Positions 41,383 through 51,863 are shown, counted from the first letter of the whole stretch. The stretch: 63,873 nucleotides of DNA, filler included, from Candidatus Hydrogenedentota bacterium (GCA_040752395.1; 3 parts of 3 records of this genome joined end to end with filler, not necessarily neighbours in it); one strand, 5' to 3'. Program-made: numbers and translations. Notes: generated by a model not told the origin, from the letters alone.

Positions 41383-44300
41383 TCATTTTTTGGTCTGGAC
41401 AAATTCACCCTGCCAGTTGGGATGCGGCGGATTCTCTTTATACATTTTTATTCTATCTATCAAACATAAAGATGGTGAATCAACAGGATCTATTTCAACA
41501 CATTTTTTAAAACCAGCGAGCGCTTCATCCCATTTCCGTTCCCAGTATTTCTCAAGTGAATCTTCATATATATTTATAACATCTCTTTTATTATCACTTA
41601 TAGCACCGATCTCTGCCATCATATCTCTGTAGATCTTATTATCTGTTTTTATTAAATCATAGAAATCTGCTACGTTTTTCTTATATTTTTCCATAATAAC
41701 ACTGAGATTTTTATTTAGTGTTTCTATGTTTTCTTTATTTTTATTTTGTATAAATTCTTTTATATGCTGGTTTGAGGATAAAATCAGTTCATGGATATCA
41801 TCTGTTAGTTCTAATTTGTTTCTAAACATTTTAATCTTATTCCCAAGTAGCATTATATTCTGCAACTCCGCCATCCTGCTCACATCTGTTTTTAGCTCTT
41901 CAATAATAGGTTTAACCACCTTTCCTTCGCAATTATTTAAAAGTTCTAAATAATCGCCGCCGTTATTAACAACAGAGTTATCAATATTATACATTTTACA
42001 AACGTTATTTAGTTCATCAATAAGGTCTAAGAAGAAAATTTTATTACCCACTTCTGTAATATTAGAAGCCAGAGGTAATTGACTTCCAAAAAATTCTTTT
42101 ATCTTTTTAGCGAGTGGATTATTTGTTTCTTCATATTTTTGTTTCATAAATCTATAATAAGCGAAAACTTTTGTGCCTGGTGCGATTTGCCAGCGGATAA
42201 GTAATGAATTTGGTACAGGTTTTGACCCTAATAATTCGATGTATTTATCTTTTTTCCATCCAAGAACTTCATATATAGTTGTTGGGATTGTTTTTCCTTT
42301 TAATAAAAGTTTATCAAGTTTGCGAATTTCTACAAAATTTTTAATTTTATCATAAGTTTCACCCCCTGTTATAATTCTGCTATTATATATGAGATTAGCG
42401 GGCATAAATCGCGCTGCAACATTGACTGCATCACCCATTACTGTGTATTGCATCTTTTTTTCAGAACCCATATTCCCTGCTGATACATATCCCCAGTTAA
42501 ACCCTATTGTCGTGAAAACGCTGACAGCATAATTAACATAGACGTAATATTGAAAAGCCTGGATATCAAGCTGTTGTTCAATGGATGAAAAGGCGCATTT
42601 CCATGCATTATTCGGGTCATCAATCGGTACACCAAAATCAGACATTATAATATGGCCCTCGTATTTATCAATATAACCTTCATAATCCAGAATAATCTCG
42701 CTCGTTGGAGTAAGATAAATACTTAAAATTCTGCTTAAATAATCAGGTGCAACAGATTGCGTAACCTTATTAAAACCCTGAATCATTGAGAATGAAGTAG
42801 TTACAGGTTTTCGTTCACCTCTTAACGTAAATTTATCTGGATTTTCTTCCATAAGTTTTAATACAGCAGGTGATACCATCGTAGAAAAGATATTACGTAT
42901 CTTTCGTCTATCAATAAGAGAGTGAATGTATTTATTAACTGCGATAGAAAGATAAGAAAGATAGATCGAAAGTAAAGGGATTACGAGTGTTAACCAATAC
43001 CCAAATCCTGTCCACAAAAACCAAATAATAGCTATATACACCAAACTTATTAAAATAGTGATAATTATACCTATCTTAGCACTCAAAAGAGCAGTAATAA
43101 CCCCGGTTATTAGTGCGAGAAATAAAGATATAAAATATTTATACCATGTTGGTGGGAAACGTAAAAATTGTCTTGTTAACATCATATTGAGAAAGTTAGT
43201 ATGCATTGCGACCATAGGGCAACTCTCTTCAAATGGCATTGGGTTTAAATCTATTGTACCGATGCCTGTAAGCCCTATCATTAGAATTCTGTTTTCAAGG
43301 AACAATGGAGATACAGGGGTTAATTTATTATTTATCAAAATATTTTGTTTTTTAGGGAAATAAAACGGGGCTACATCATCTATCCGATTTTTGTTATGAA
43401 ACCACTTAATATTATCAAATACTTCTTTAGCATATTCATCATCGCAAAAATATTTATAATTCTGTTTGAAATTAATAAAACCAATATCTTTATTCTTCTT
43501 TAATTCTTTGAATAAATTATGACTGATCTTTACAGACCAGTAAACATCATCAACGTATTTTAAATAGATATCATTTTTAATTTTTTCTTTGATTGATTGT
43601 GGGTTTTCAGCGGATAAAATCTCATTCTGGAAACATCTGCTTAAAGCAATTGATGCTGATATTTCCGAAATCAAATGAGGTTCCACAAGATTTTCTTGTT
43701 CTATATAGTTATAAAGTTCCAAGTAAAGCGTTTGTAAGTTTTCCTGTATGGGAGAGAACTTTCTTGCTATTTCTTTTGCTTTAATAATTGCATAATAATA
43801 AGAGATAGTTTTAAAGGAGTAATGAAAAAATGTAGTATTAAAACCGCCTGCCCAATTTACAAGTGTCTGAGAGTTATTATCTATGGGTATTATTATGTCC
43901 CTACGCTTATGAGTTTTGTCATTATAAATAAGCACATTTTTAAATTGTATAAATTTACCTGGTTTTATCTCGATTTCATTGATGTTAAAATCAAGTATAT
44001 CAGAAGCCATTTTCAAGGTGAGAGCTGGATAAATGTAATTATCATAAAAGATAAAAATAGGGAATAATCTCACAGTAGAATCCATATCTTTGACGATCTG
44101 AGCGAATCCAGTGCCTCTTGATGCCTGCGTAAACTTGTAAAGTGGGGCGACTATATCTATTGATTTAAAAATATGTCTTCTGTAAATGTCCTTGAATGCG
44201 GGATTGGTTATCGGGATTGCATTTTTTTCAATCTCAAGAATAGCAAGTTTTTTATCTTCCGGATAATTTTCTCTTCGTTTCTTACTTTCTTCGAGTAATT

Positions 44301-44865
44301 CTTCAAACGGTTTTGTAGCTATATCTTCGCTCGGGAATTGCATATATTGGGCGAGATAAATTATTTTTGCGTGTTCTAACGATTTTTCAAATTCTAAATC
44401 ATAATCTTTAAACGAATTGTCGAGCTGTTTTAGCACCATTTTTTTATCATCATAAGCCCCGGGTTTTTGAATCAGCTTAATCAATGGTTCTGGATAAAAG
44501 ACTATATTACTTTTTTCAGCGAAAAATACGTCATAACCACAGGCACGGCTATTATAAAATTTTAAGGTATCTATGAGTGCGACCTGTCTATTTCGTGCCC
44601 ATGGCCAGAACCCGAATAAATCTATTGACGGGTCATCATAATCAATATACCCGAGGTCTTCACAGATTTTTATTTGTGGTCTTAATCGATACCGTAAATC
44701 AAGTGATTTTAATTCGGTTCGTTTAAACAAATCGAGACGGTCCAACAATAAAGCAAGTATGCCAACTGTTAACCCGAAAATAAAACCATTGATTATTCTT
44801 TCGTATACCTTTTTATGTTTAGATATTAGCGCCTTGAATCGTTGCATCTCTGCTCCTTTGCCCAT
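41383..44865 (-). CDS. CHASE2-domain class III adenylate cyclase, C2-like half (Asn/Arg/KGK kept, Asps lost)
   Basis: CHASE2 (IDYDD..FGFWPWAR, DMDSTVR), TMs, cyclase FSMIQGF / IDKYEGHI / YTVMGDAVNVAAR / LKGK, TPR-like tail. Confidence 0.9.
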   Translation of the reverse strand: MGKGAEMQRFKALISKHKKVYERIINGFIFGLTVGILALLLDRLDLFKRTELKSLDLRYRLRPQIKICEDLGYIDYDDPSIDLFGFWPWARNRQVALIDTLKFYNSRACGYDVFFAEKSNIVFYPEPLIKLIQKPGAYDDKKMVLKQLDNSFKDYDLEFEKSLEHAKIIYLAQYMQFPSEDIATKPFEELLEESKKRRENYPEDKKLAILEIEKNAIPITNPAFKDIYRRHIFKSIDIVAPLYKFTQASRGTGFAQIVKDMDSTVRLFPIFIFYDNYIYPALTLKMASDILDFNINEIEIKPGKFIQFKNVLIYNDKTHKRRDIIIPIDNNSQTLVNWAGGFNTTFFHYSFKTISYYYAIIKAKEIARKFSPIQENLQTLYLELYNYIEQENLVEPHLISEISASIALSRCFQNEILSAENPQSIKEKIKNDIYLKYVDDVYWSVKISHNLFKELKKNKDIGFINFKQNYKYFCDDEYAKEVFDNIKWFHNKNRIDDVAPFYFPKKQNILINNKLTPVSPLFLENRILMIGLTGIGTIDLNPMPFEESCPMVAMHTNFLNMMLTRQFLRFPPTWYKYFISLFLALITGVITALLSAKIGIIITILISLVYIAIIWFLWTGFGYWLTLVIPLLSIYLSYLSIAVNKYIHSLIDRRKIRNIFSTMVSPAVLKLMEENPDKFTLRGERKPVTTSFSMIQGFNKVTQSVAPDYLSRILSIYLTPTSEIILDYEGYIDKYEGHIIMSDFGVPIDDPNNAWKCAFSSIEQQLDIQAFQYYVYVNYAVSVFTTIGFNWGYVSAGNMGSEKKMQYTVMGDAVNVAARFMPANLIYNSRIITGGETYDKIKNFVEIRKLDKLLLKGKTIPTTIYEVLGWKKDKYIELLGSKPVPNSLLIRWQIAPGTKVFAYYRFMKQKYEETNNPLAKKIKEFFGSQLPLASNITEVGNKIFFLDLIDELNNVCKMYNIDNSVVNNGGDYLELLNNCEGKVVKPIIEELKTDVSRMAELQNIMLLGNKIKMFRNKLELTDDIHELILSSNQHIKEFIQNKNKENIETLNKNLSVIMEKYKKNVADFYDLIKTDNKIYRDMMAEIGAISDNKRDVINIYEDSLEKYWERKWDEALAGFKKCVEIDPVDSPSLCLIDRIKMYKENPPHPNWQGEFVQTKK

Positions 44866-44921
44866 TATTATCTGTAATTACTCAGTTATAGTTAGAAGCA
44901 AGAAGCAAGATAAAAAAACAC

Positions 44922-45887
44922 TTATATAATAATAGATTTCAGAATGGTATCCTGAGTAATACCATCAGCACTGGCATGATAGTTCAAAACGATCCTGTGT
45001 CTTAACACATCACAAAACATATATTTAACATCCTCCATACCTATACTGACCCTAGCCTCAAGTAAAGCCCTTACTTTAGCTGACTTTACAAGGTGCTGAG
45101 AGGCACGCGGGCCACAGCCCCATCTAACGTATTTCTTAACAATTTCTGAATCTGTAATTTCGGGTCTTGTTCTTCTGACAAGGTTTACCGTATCTTTTAT
45201 TATTTCTTCAGATACTGGTAAATCTTTGAATAATTGCTGTATCTGGATTATTTTATTTTTATCAATAATTGTGTTCAGACAGGAAAGATTATCAGCCCAT
45301 TCTTTTGATGCTATCTTCATCTCTTCTTCAAAAGAGGGGTACCCAATCTTAATATATAAAAGAAATCTATCAAGTTGAGCTTCTGGTAATGGGTATGTTC
45401 CTTCAAGTTCGATAGGATTTTGTGTAGCAAGAACAAGATAGGGTCTATCAAGTGAAATAGTTTTTTCGCCTATACTTACCTCACGTTCCTGCATAGCTTG
45501 AAGCAAAGCTGCTTGTGTTTTGGGTGGGGTTCGATTTATTTCATCGGCAAGAATAATGTTGCCAAATAAGGGCCCTTTTAAAAGTTTGAAATACCTCTGT
45601 TGTGAGGTTTTGTCTACCTCAAGTATATCTGTTCCCGTGATATCAGTGGGCATTAAATCAGGCGTAAATTGAATCCTTGAAAATTTTAAATCAAGAATTT
45701 TACTAACAGCTGTAACAGTTAGAGTTTTTGCAAGCCCGGGAACACCCTCAAGCAGTATATGACCATCAGCAAACAAAGAAATTATAATAGACTCAATCAA
45801 TTTATCCTGGCCAATTATAACTTTATGAACCTCTGATATTAAATTATTTTTTATGTCTTTTAACTCATCGATTAATTTTTCACTCAT
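44922..45887 (-). CDS. MoxR-family AAA+ ATPase
   Basis: GVPGLAKT, RIQFTPDLMP, ADEINRTPPKTQAALL, GTYPLPEAQLDRF. Confidence 0.95.
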   Translation of the reverse strand: MSEKLIDELKDIKNNLISEVHKVIIGQDKLIESIIISLFADGHILLEGVPGLAKTLTVTAVSKILDLKFSRIQFTPDLMPTDITGTDILEVDKTSQQRYFKLLKGPLFGNIILADEINRTPPKTQAALLQAMQEREVSIGEKTISLDRPYLVLATQNPIELEGTYPLPEAQLDRFLLYIKIGYPSFEEEMKIASKEWADNLSCLNTIIDKNKIIQIQQLFKDLPVSEEIIKDTVNLVRRTRPEITDSEIVKKYVRWGCGPRASQHLVKSAKVRALLEARVSIGMEDVKYMFCDVLRHRIVLNYHASADGITQDTILKSIII

Positions 45888-47200
45888 AATAAATTTTCTC
45901 CATCTAATTGTTTGATAATCTCTTTATCAAAAAAACCAGCAATCGTTGCTGTTACATCAAGTATATGTGGTCTTTGTTTTTGATATTTTTCTGATAAAAA
46001 TAGAAATGCATCATCGTGGGTATGCATACCTGTGAAATGTGTATCATTAAAGATGTTTTCCTTGTTTAATGAACCCTTTATATCAAACCCATATTCAGAA
46101 ACTAAAACTAAATCAGGGGCATTAACAATGTATTCACCTTTGTATATAACCTCTGGTCTGTAAATATCTTTTATAACTTTTTTATCATCAAATTTCAAAT
46201 CTTTAAAAATATCGGTTAATTCATCAATTATTTTAAAACCACCATTTCTTGAGACCGAACCATCTCTAAACTTATCAGCATAATGGATGTAAATTCTTCC
46301 TGGCGTAAGACAGAATGCTTTTGTATCAGATAAGATATCTGTAAATTCTTTGCCTTTTACTTTAAGAAACCCTTTTTCAATCAAAATCCTATTAACATTA
46401 ATCTCTTTTTGAAGTCTTGTGAAGCCGTGATCTGAGATGATTCCAAATAATACATCATCTGTCTTTTCAGAAAAGACCTCACCAAGAAATTTGTCTACTT
46501 CTTTATAAAAATTTATAAATTCAGTATGATATCTATGTTTTTCATCAAAAAAAGCATCTATTAAAAAATGCTGGAGTCTGTCAGTAGCTGTAATAACTCC
46601 TATGAATAAATCCCACTCCTCATTTTTTAATAAATCTAAAAGAAGATTTTTATGAATACTAAAAGTATTATAAACATCTTCAATAAACTTATTTTTATTA
46701 TCCTTACCTAACGATGAATCAACGTCTGTTCTATAATTTATTTTTTTAAGCTGCATAAGTAATTCTTCGGGATAAACGCTCTTGTCTAATTCGCAAGCAA
46801 CAAACCCTGAAACCATTATCCCATTAATCGGCTGTGCAGGATAAGTTGATGGGATATTAAAAGCAATCGTTCTTTTCCCAAGTATGTCCCAGATTAATTT
46901 AGACTTTAAATCAGATAGTTGAGGAAAGATGTATCTATAAGATTTTGGATGAATCTCAAAGAAACCATAGAGATTATGTTTTCCCGGGTTAACACCTGTT
47001 ATAAAACTCGACCAGGCAACCGATGATACATCCGGTATAGTTGTATCCATCTGTGATAATCTGCCTGTTTTACAGATAGAATTTAAATTTGGCATAATTC
47101 CTTTATCAAGCAATGTCGTAATCAGGGTATAAGGTACGCCATCAAGCCCGATAATTATTACTCTGCTTTTTTCCTTTTTTTTAAATAGAGAAATCACCAT
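45884..47200 (-). CDS. Alkaline phosphatase superfamily protein (type I phosphodiesterase / nucleotide pyrophosphatase)
   Basis: IIGLDG, TGVNPGKH, DRLQH, ISDHGF, GMH. Confidence 0.85.
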   Translation of the reverse strand: MVISLFKKKEKSRVIIIGLDGVPYTLITTLLDKGIMPNLNSICKTGRLSQMDTTIPDVSSVAWSSFITGVNPGKHNLYGFFEIHPKSYRYIFPQLSDLKSKLIWDILGKRTIAFNIPSTYPAQPINGIMVSGFVACELDKSVYPEELLMQLKKINYRTDVDSSLGKDNKNKFIEDVYNTFSIHKNLLLDLLKNEEWDLFIGVITATDRLQHFLIDAFFDEKHRYHTEFINFYKEVDKFLGEVFSEKTDDVLFGIISDHGFTRLQKEINVNRILIEKGFLKVKGKEFTDILSDTKAFCLTPGRIYIHYADKFRDGSVSRNGGFKIIDELTDIFKDLKFDDKKVIKDIYRPEVIYKGEYIVNAPDLVLVSEYGFDIKGSLNKENIFNDTHFTGMHTHDDAFLFLSEKYQKQRPHILDVTATIAGFFDKEIIKQLDGENLL

Positions 47201-47201
47201 C

Positions 47202-47663
47202 TTATTCTATATACCCAAGGCCTCGTAATCGTTCCTGAACCTTAATATCTTCCTCGTTAGAATAACTACTGCCTTCTAATCTCTTGATAAAATTTAAATG
47301 TTCGAGTGTTTTAATAATATTAATAACTGAATCTTTAATATCAGAGGATACCAGAACCTCTGCATAAGGTATATCTCTTCTATCAGTTATCAATATTTTT
47401 TTCTTAATATCAATTATGTCTTTAATCTTTATATCGTCAGACTTTAATATCAGAGAGATATTGTTTCTTACAAATAGTTTACAAAAATGTATAACAATTT
47501 CCAATTTTTTTTCTTTAGTTAAATCTAATAATATTTCTTCTTTATCAATATCAATAAATTCTACAGCGATATCTCTTTCTAATAGTTGTCCTTCAAGTTC
47601 TTTAGCTATTTTGGAAAGTAAACTACTGTTTTGCCCACTAATAAAAAGACATACGCCGCTCAT
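47202..47663 (-). CDS. Degenerate adenylyl-sulfate kinase (CysC)-like protein
   Basis: CysC-like N-terminus with eroded P-loop (ISGQNSSLLSKIAKELE..L.ERD..VEFID); C-terminal YS.EE..KVQERLRGLGYIE. Confidence 0.5.
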   Translation of the reverse strand: MSGVCLFISGQNSSLLSKIAKELEGQLLERDIAVEFIDIDKEEILLDLTKEKKLEIVIHFCKLFVRNNISLILKSDDIKIKDIIDIKKKILITDRRDIPYAEVLVSSDIKDSVINIIKTLEHLNFIKRLEGSSYSNEEDIKVQERLRGLGYIE

Positions 47664-48001
47664 AATGAAGACCTCTCCTCTTGCCTCTTGCCTCTAAAGG
47701 TAGGAAATGCTTGCTTGCGCATACGATATGCCAAACTTGAGAAGAAGCCATATATTCCCTCTATTAATTTTACTATTATTATTTTAACACTTTTTCTGTT
47801 TTCTGTTAACATCTTTTTCAAAATTTTTTAAATATATTCTTTTGCTCCATACCCCAATCCATGGGATTTTGTCGTTGATGATGTTCCAGTAAATTTAATT
47901 CTTTCTTGCATTAAAATTGATTCTTAAATATAATTTATGGTGTATATAGTTTAATAGATTTTAGTTTTATAGAGGAAATTCAATATATATAAGTAACAAA
48001 A

Positions 48002-49084
48002 ATGAAGAGAAAAAAGATAATTTTGTTTTTAGCAATTATTCTGATTTTTATTTTTGTTGGTATACCAACAATCAAACGGGAGACAAAAGAATTCCAAAAA
48101 CGTGTCTATAAGAAGAAGTTATTAGAATCGTCTAATTTTAATAGTAAAAATCAGATTGGATTTGAAAATTTACCATATTTTAGTTCTGAACCTATTCCAG
48201 GACCTAAAACTGATATTACTTTCTTCAAAGGTAGTTATATTATTCTTCAGTATCCTATAGATATACCTTTAAAAAAGGCAAAGGAGATAGGTGCAAACAG
48301 TGTAAGTATTGTTGTGGATTTCGACCTGCTCAAAAGAGGACGAGAATACTGGTCGGAACGCAAATATGAAATCATAAATGCTATCAATCTAGCACATAAG
48401 TTAGGTTTGATAGTTCAGCTTTCTGGTGGATTTTATATAGTAGAAAAAAATATTACTCATTACATAAAAAGCTATGAAGAGTATAAAGAGGCGTATATTG
48501 TTTCTGTAGTAGAACTAGCTAAGATAGCTAACGAATATTTAGTTGAACGTTTCGAGGTTTCACGTGAGATAGATGTGGTGACAAGCCGTTTTGTAGAATA
48601 TGAAGGATGGGTAGAGCACTGGGATTGCTGGGAACATAAAAAGTTTGTTAAACTCATAGAAGAGTTCGCTCATAAACTATTTATCGAGGTAAAAAAATAT
48701 TATAATGGTAAGATCGGGATAGGATTCTGCGAGCCGAAAAAGTATGTAAAACTTCCAGACTATGATTTCATTGGTATTACAGTTTATAGTGGTGGTGAGC
48801 CATATAATATGGCACGTAATGCAATAAAATATATCTATAATGCAAGAAAACATACAGGTGATTTCAACAGAATAAAAGAGTTAGTTCTTGGAGAGGTGGC
48901 AATTGGATGGTTGGATGAAGGTATCGAATTAAATTCAGAACAAAAGAAAAAAATCTATAATGAATTTTTTTATGCTACTAATCATCTTATTGATGGTTAT
49001 TTTGTTTTTATCGATTTCCCTCATCCAGATGAAGAACTTAAGGTTATTGCAAAAGAGCGGTATTATTGCAATGTTGTAATATAA
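48002..49084 (+). CDS. Hypothetical membrane-anchored protein, possibly glycoside-hydrolase-like TIM barrel
   Basis: N-terminal TM; KAKEIGANSVSIV, DFIGITVY and LVLGEVAIG resemble clan GH-A strands. Confidence 0.5.
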   Translation: MKRKKIILFLAIILIFIFVGIPTIKRETKEFQKRVYKKKLLESSNFNSKNQIGFENLPYFSSEPIPGPKTDITFFKGSYIILQYPIDIPLKKAKEIGANSVSIVVDFDLLKRGREYWSERKYEIINAINLAHKLGLIVQLSGGFYIVEKNITHYIKSYEEYKEAYIVSVVELAKIANEYLVERFEVSREIDVVTSRFVEYEGWVEHWDCWEHKKFVKLIEEFAHKLFIEVKKYYNGKIGIGFCEPKKYVKLPDYDFIGITVYSGGEPYNMARNAIKYIYNARKHTGDFNRIKELVLGEVAIGWLDEGIELNSEQKKKIYNEFFYATNHLIDGYFVFIDFPHPDEELKVIAKERYYCNVVI

Positions 49085-49288
49085 ACATCCGTAGCTTTTG
49101 CCAGTTACACAGAGACTGCGGTCATTAACCGCATCTTTGATTAATATCGTCTGAAAGTATTCGTCCATATTATAGACTGACAGCAGCCTTGCGTTTTCAG
49201 AGTTTGACAGAACCAGCAATAACCCTGCCCAGCAGAAATAAGCCGCAGCTATTAATGAGAAGATGATCAGCTCAGATTGTCGTTTCAT
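49085..49288 (-). pseudogene. Possible N-terminal remnant of a membrane glycosyltransferase
   Basis: TM helix followed by a DE motif and YG.LYY; the frame then runs into the convergent 48002-49084 gene. Confidence 0.3.
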
Positions 49289-49395
49289 GTTTGTCTATTC
49301 ATTCGGGATGTAAGGTAGTAAACCATCAAGTCATCATATATAATAACAAAAGCAATAGTAATTTTGATTTGTGGATAACCAGTCATTCATAAGCA

Positions 49396-50766
49396 TCATA
49401 TTCCTTGGCGGCCCGCTGAAGGAGCAGTATAATCACCTCTAACAGAACGATTCCAATCAAATAATACAATACTGAAAATTAAGAAACCTGTAAAAAGTAA
49501 TAATAGAAACAGTCCTGCGTCAGGAAAGAGTTTCAAAATTAAATTCGGTGAGATAGAAGGATCAGCAATAGTATAAACTAATTCTTTAAATATATCATAA
49601 AGATAATTGTAAGTCATACTGAACGAATGCCCGGTACCATATCTGCCTGATTTTAAATAAGCATTATATACATTTGTAATACTCGCTGTAAAATTAATGA
49701 TAAAACCAATAGAAGATAAACCAACAAATAGGATTTTAAATATTTTTTTATAAGTTATATCTTTTAAATATATAAAGCCAGCTGATAAAATCGGGACTAT
49801 AATCAGAAGAAAACGTGGACCATAACATAAACCACCTTCCCATGGTGCCCAGCCAGCGTACAAAAAAATTGTTTGTAAAAATAGTATAAAAATCATAACA
49901 GCTAAAATCTGTTTTTCAATTATTCCCTTTATAATCCCTGCAAGAGCCAGAAGGAGCAGCGGGTTATATATAAAAAAACTTTTACCGGGAGAAAAGAGAT
50001 AGCCAGCAAGCCCTCTTAATATAGAATGCGAGAATCCCTGATGAACCCAGACTTTAGTTAGTGTATCATAATATCGAGGTTGATATCCGAAATTATAAAA
50101 ATCTCCTCTGTAAAAAGAATTATATGCAAAATGAAGTATTACCGGCAGTAGTATTGAGATCGCTAAAAATTCTATATTTTTTAATAAATTTCTATTTTTA
50201 AGAAGAAAAAAAATATAAAAAACCGGGGTATATATAATGTTAACTGGTTTTAATATTACAAGAAAAGCAATAAACATAGATGATAATAAATATCTTTGTT
50301 TATAAAGAAACATAACAGACAAAAACATAAAAAGAGAAAGTACAGGCTCGATAAACAAAGTTTTACTATAAAAAAGTAGTATACATGAAGTGACAAAAAT
50401 AAAAGACATATTGTAGCTACTATTGATAAAAAGCCTGATAAGATAAAAAATAACAAGAGTGATTATTCCGTTAAATAAAGGAATTAAAGCCCAGTTAAGC
50501 ATATTTGAGGTTTGTTCATTAAATACAAAATAAAATATTTTACCAAGATATTTAGCACAAAGAATATAAGGCGTCAAAAGAAGTGGATAAAATCCTTGAA
50601 ACCTCGGATAGATTATATTATTATTTTTTATTAAACAGGGTTTACCTATGGTGATAATATTTTTCCCCATCTCAAAATAGACCAGTTCGTCTGTTATTGA
50701 TAAACTTGAAGGAATTAATATAACAAGGAATAAGATAAATAAAAAAGAAAGAGAAGTGGTCTTCAC
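49396..50766 (-). CDS. Multipass membrane protein, GT-C/PMT-like
   Basis: TDE after first TM, FSPGKSFFIYNP, WEGGLCYGPRFL. Confidence 0.7.
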   Translation of the reverse strand: MKTTSLSFLFILFLVILIPSSLSITDELVYFEMGKNIITIGKPCLIKNNNIIYPRFQGFYPLLLTPYILCAKYLGKIFYFVFNEQTSNMLNWALIPLFNGIITLVIFYLIRLFINSSYNMSFIFVTSCILLFYSKTLFIEPVLSLFMFLSVMFLYKQRYLLSSMFIAFLVILKPVNIIYTPVFYIFFLLKNRNLLKNIEFLAISILLPVILHFAYNSFYRGDFYNFGYQPRYYDTLTKVWVHQGFSHSILRGLAGYLFSPGKSFFIYNPLLLLALAGIIKGIIEKQILAVMIFILFLQTIFLYAGWAPWEGGLCYGPRFLLIIVPILSAGFIYLKDITYKKIFKILFVGLSSIGFIINFTASITNVYNAYLKSGRYGTGHSFSMTYNYLYDIFKELVYTIADPSISPNLILKLFPDAGLFLLLLFTGFLIFSIVLFDWNRSVRGDYTAPSAGRQGI

Positions 50767-51635
50767 GTTACTCTTTTTAATATCTCAGGGATATACTCTT
50801 CAGCGTTGATGGCCATAATATGGACGCCATCTGCAAACATTTTTATTTCTTCAATAAGATTTGCGACGATAGTGATGCCCTCATTAATCGGGTCTTTTGT
50901 ATCTTTTAACCTCTCAATAAGTTCCTGGGGAATATTTATTCCTGGCATTTTGTTTAAATTCTCAGCCATCTGATAAGATTTTAATAATAATACGCCAAAA
51001 AGAACACGAATACCGTAATCCTTAACCTTCTCGTAAAAATTTTTAAATATGTTAATATCAAATGTTATCTGGGTTTGAAAAAAAGATGCACCTGATTCAA
51101 TCTTTTTTTTCATCATAATAAGCTGTAAATCAAGTGGTTCAACCGAAGGATTAACAACAGCTCCAAGTAAAAAGGTAGGTTTCCCATTAAGTAGAGTTCC
51201 GTTCATATCCCTGCCGTTTCTTAATGAGTCAGCAACCCTAAGAAGCGTAACCGGATCAAGATCATAAACAGGTTTAGCATCTTTATGATCACCATTAAAA
51301 GGATGGTCGCCAGAAAGTATTAAGATGTTTTCAATCCCAAGCAGGCTCGCTTGTAGTAAGTCTGATTGCAAAGCGATCCTGTTTCTATCCCTGCATGTTA
51401 ATTGGTATATCGGCTCGTATCCTGCTACTTTTAATTTATGACAGATAGCAAGTGGTCCGAGTCGCATAATAGCTCTTTGAGAGTCAGTAACATTAAATGC
51501 ATCAACATAATCTGATAAAAACTTTGCTCTATTCATCAATTGGGTAATATCAATACCTTTAGGTGGGAATAATTCTGCTGTTACTATAAATTTTTTTTCT
51601 TTTAATACTTCTTTAAAAGGTTTCATCTGTATCAT
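50763..51635 (-). CDS. metF: 5,10-methylenetetrahydrofolate reductase MetF
   Basis: ELFPPKG, QLTCRDRNRIALQSDLL, LSGDH, GASFFQTQ. Confidence 0.92.
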   Translation of the reverse strand: MIQMKPFKEVLKEKKFIVTAELFPPKGIDITQLMNRAKFLSDYVDAFNVTDSQRAIMRLGPLAICHKLKVAGYEPIYQLTCRDRNRIALQSDLLQASLLGIENILILSGDHPFNGDHKDAKPVYDLDPVTLLRVADSLRNGRDMNGTLLNGKPTFLLGAVVNPSVEPLDLQLIMMKKKIESGASFFQTQITFDINIFKNFYEKVKDYGIRVLFGVLLLKSYQMAENLNKMPGINIPQELIERLKDTKDPINEGITIVANLIEEIKMFADGVHIMAINAEEYIPEILKRVT

Positions 51636-51770
51636 ACAGCTGGCCGGATAAATCCACCCCTACTTGCATCTATCGGCCGCAAGGAACTGCCCTCCACCGT
51701 TCTCCGTTATCTTGCCTCTTACTCCTAAATACGCCACCTATAACTAAGAACGTGTGAAAAAATATATTAT

Positions 51771-51791
51771 GTAGTAAGGGTCACAAGACCC
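51771..51791. repeat. GTAG-REP-like palindrome (third copy)
   Basis: GTAGTAAGGGTCACAAGACCC, identical to 19973-19993. Confidence 0.7.
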
Positions 51792-51863
51792 GTTTTAATA
51801 ATTTTTGTTAAAAATAATATAAATACCTTTTCTTAAAGACGCACTACAATTTTTTCAGACGTT

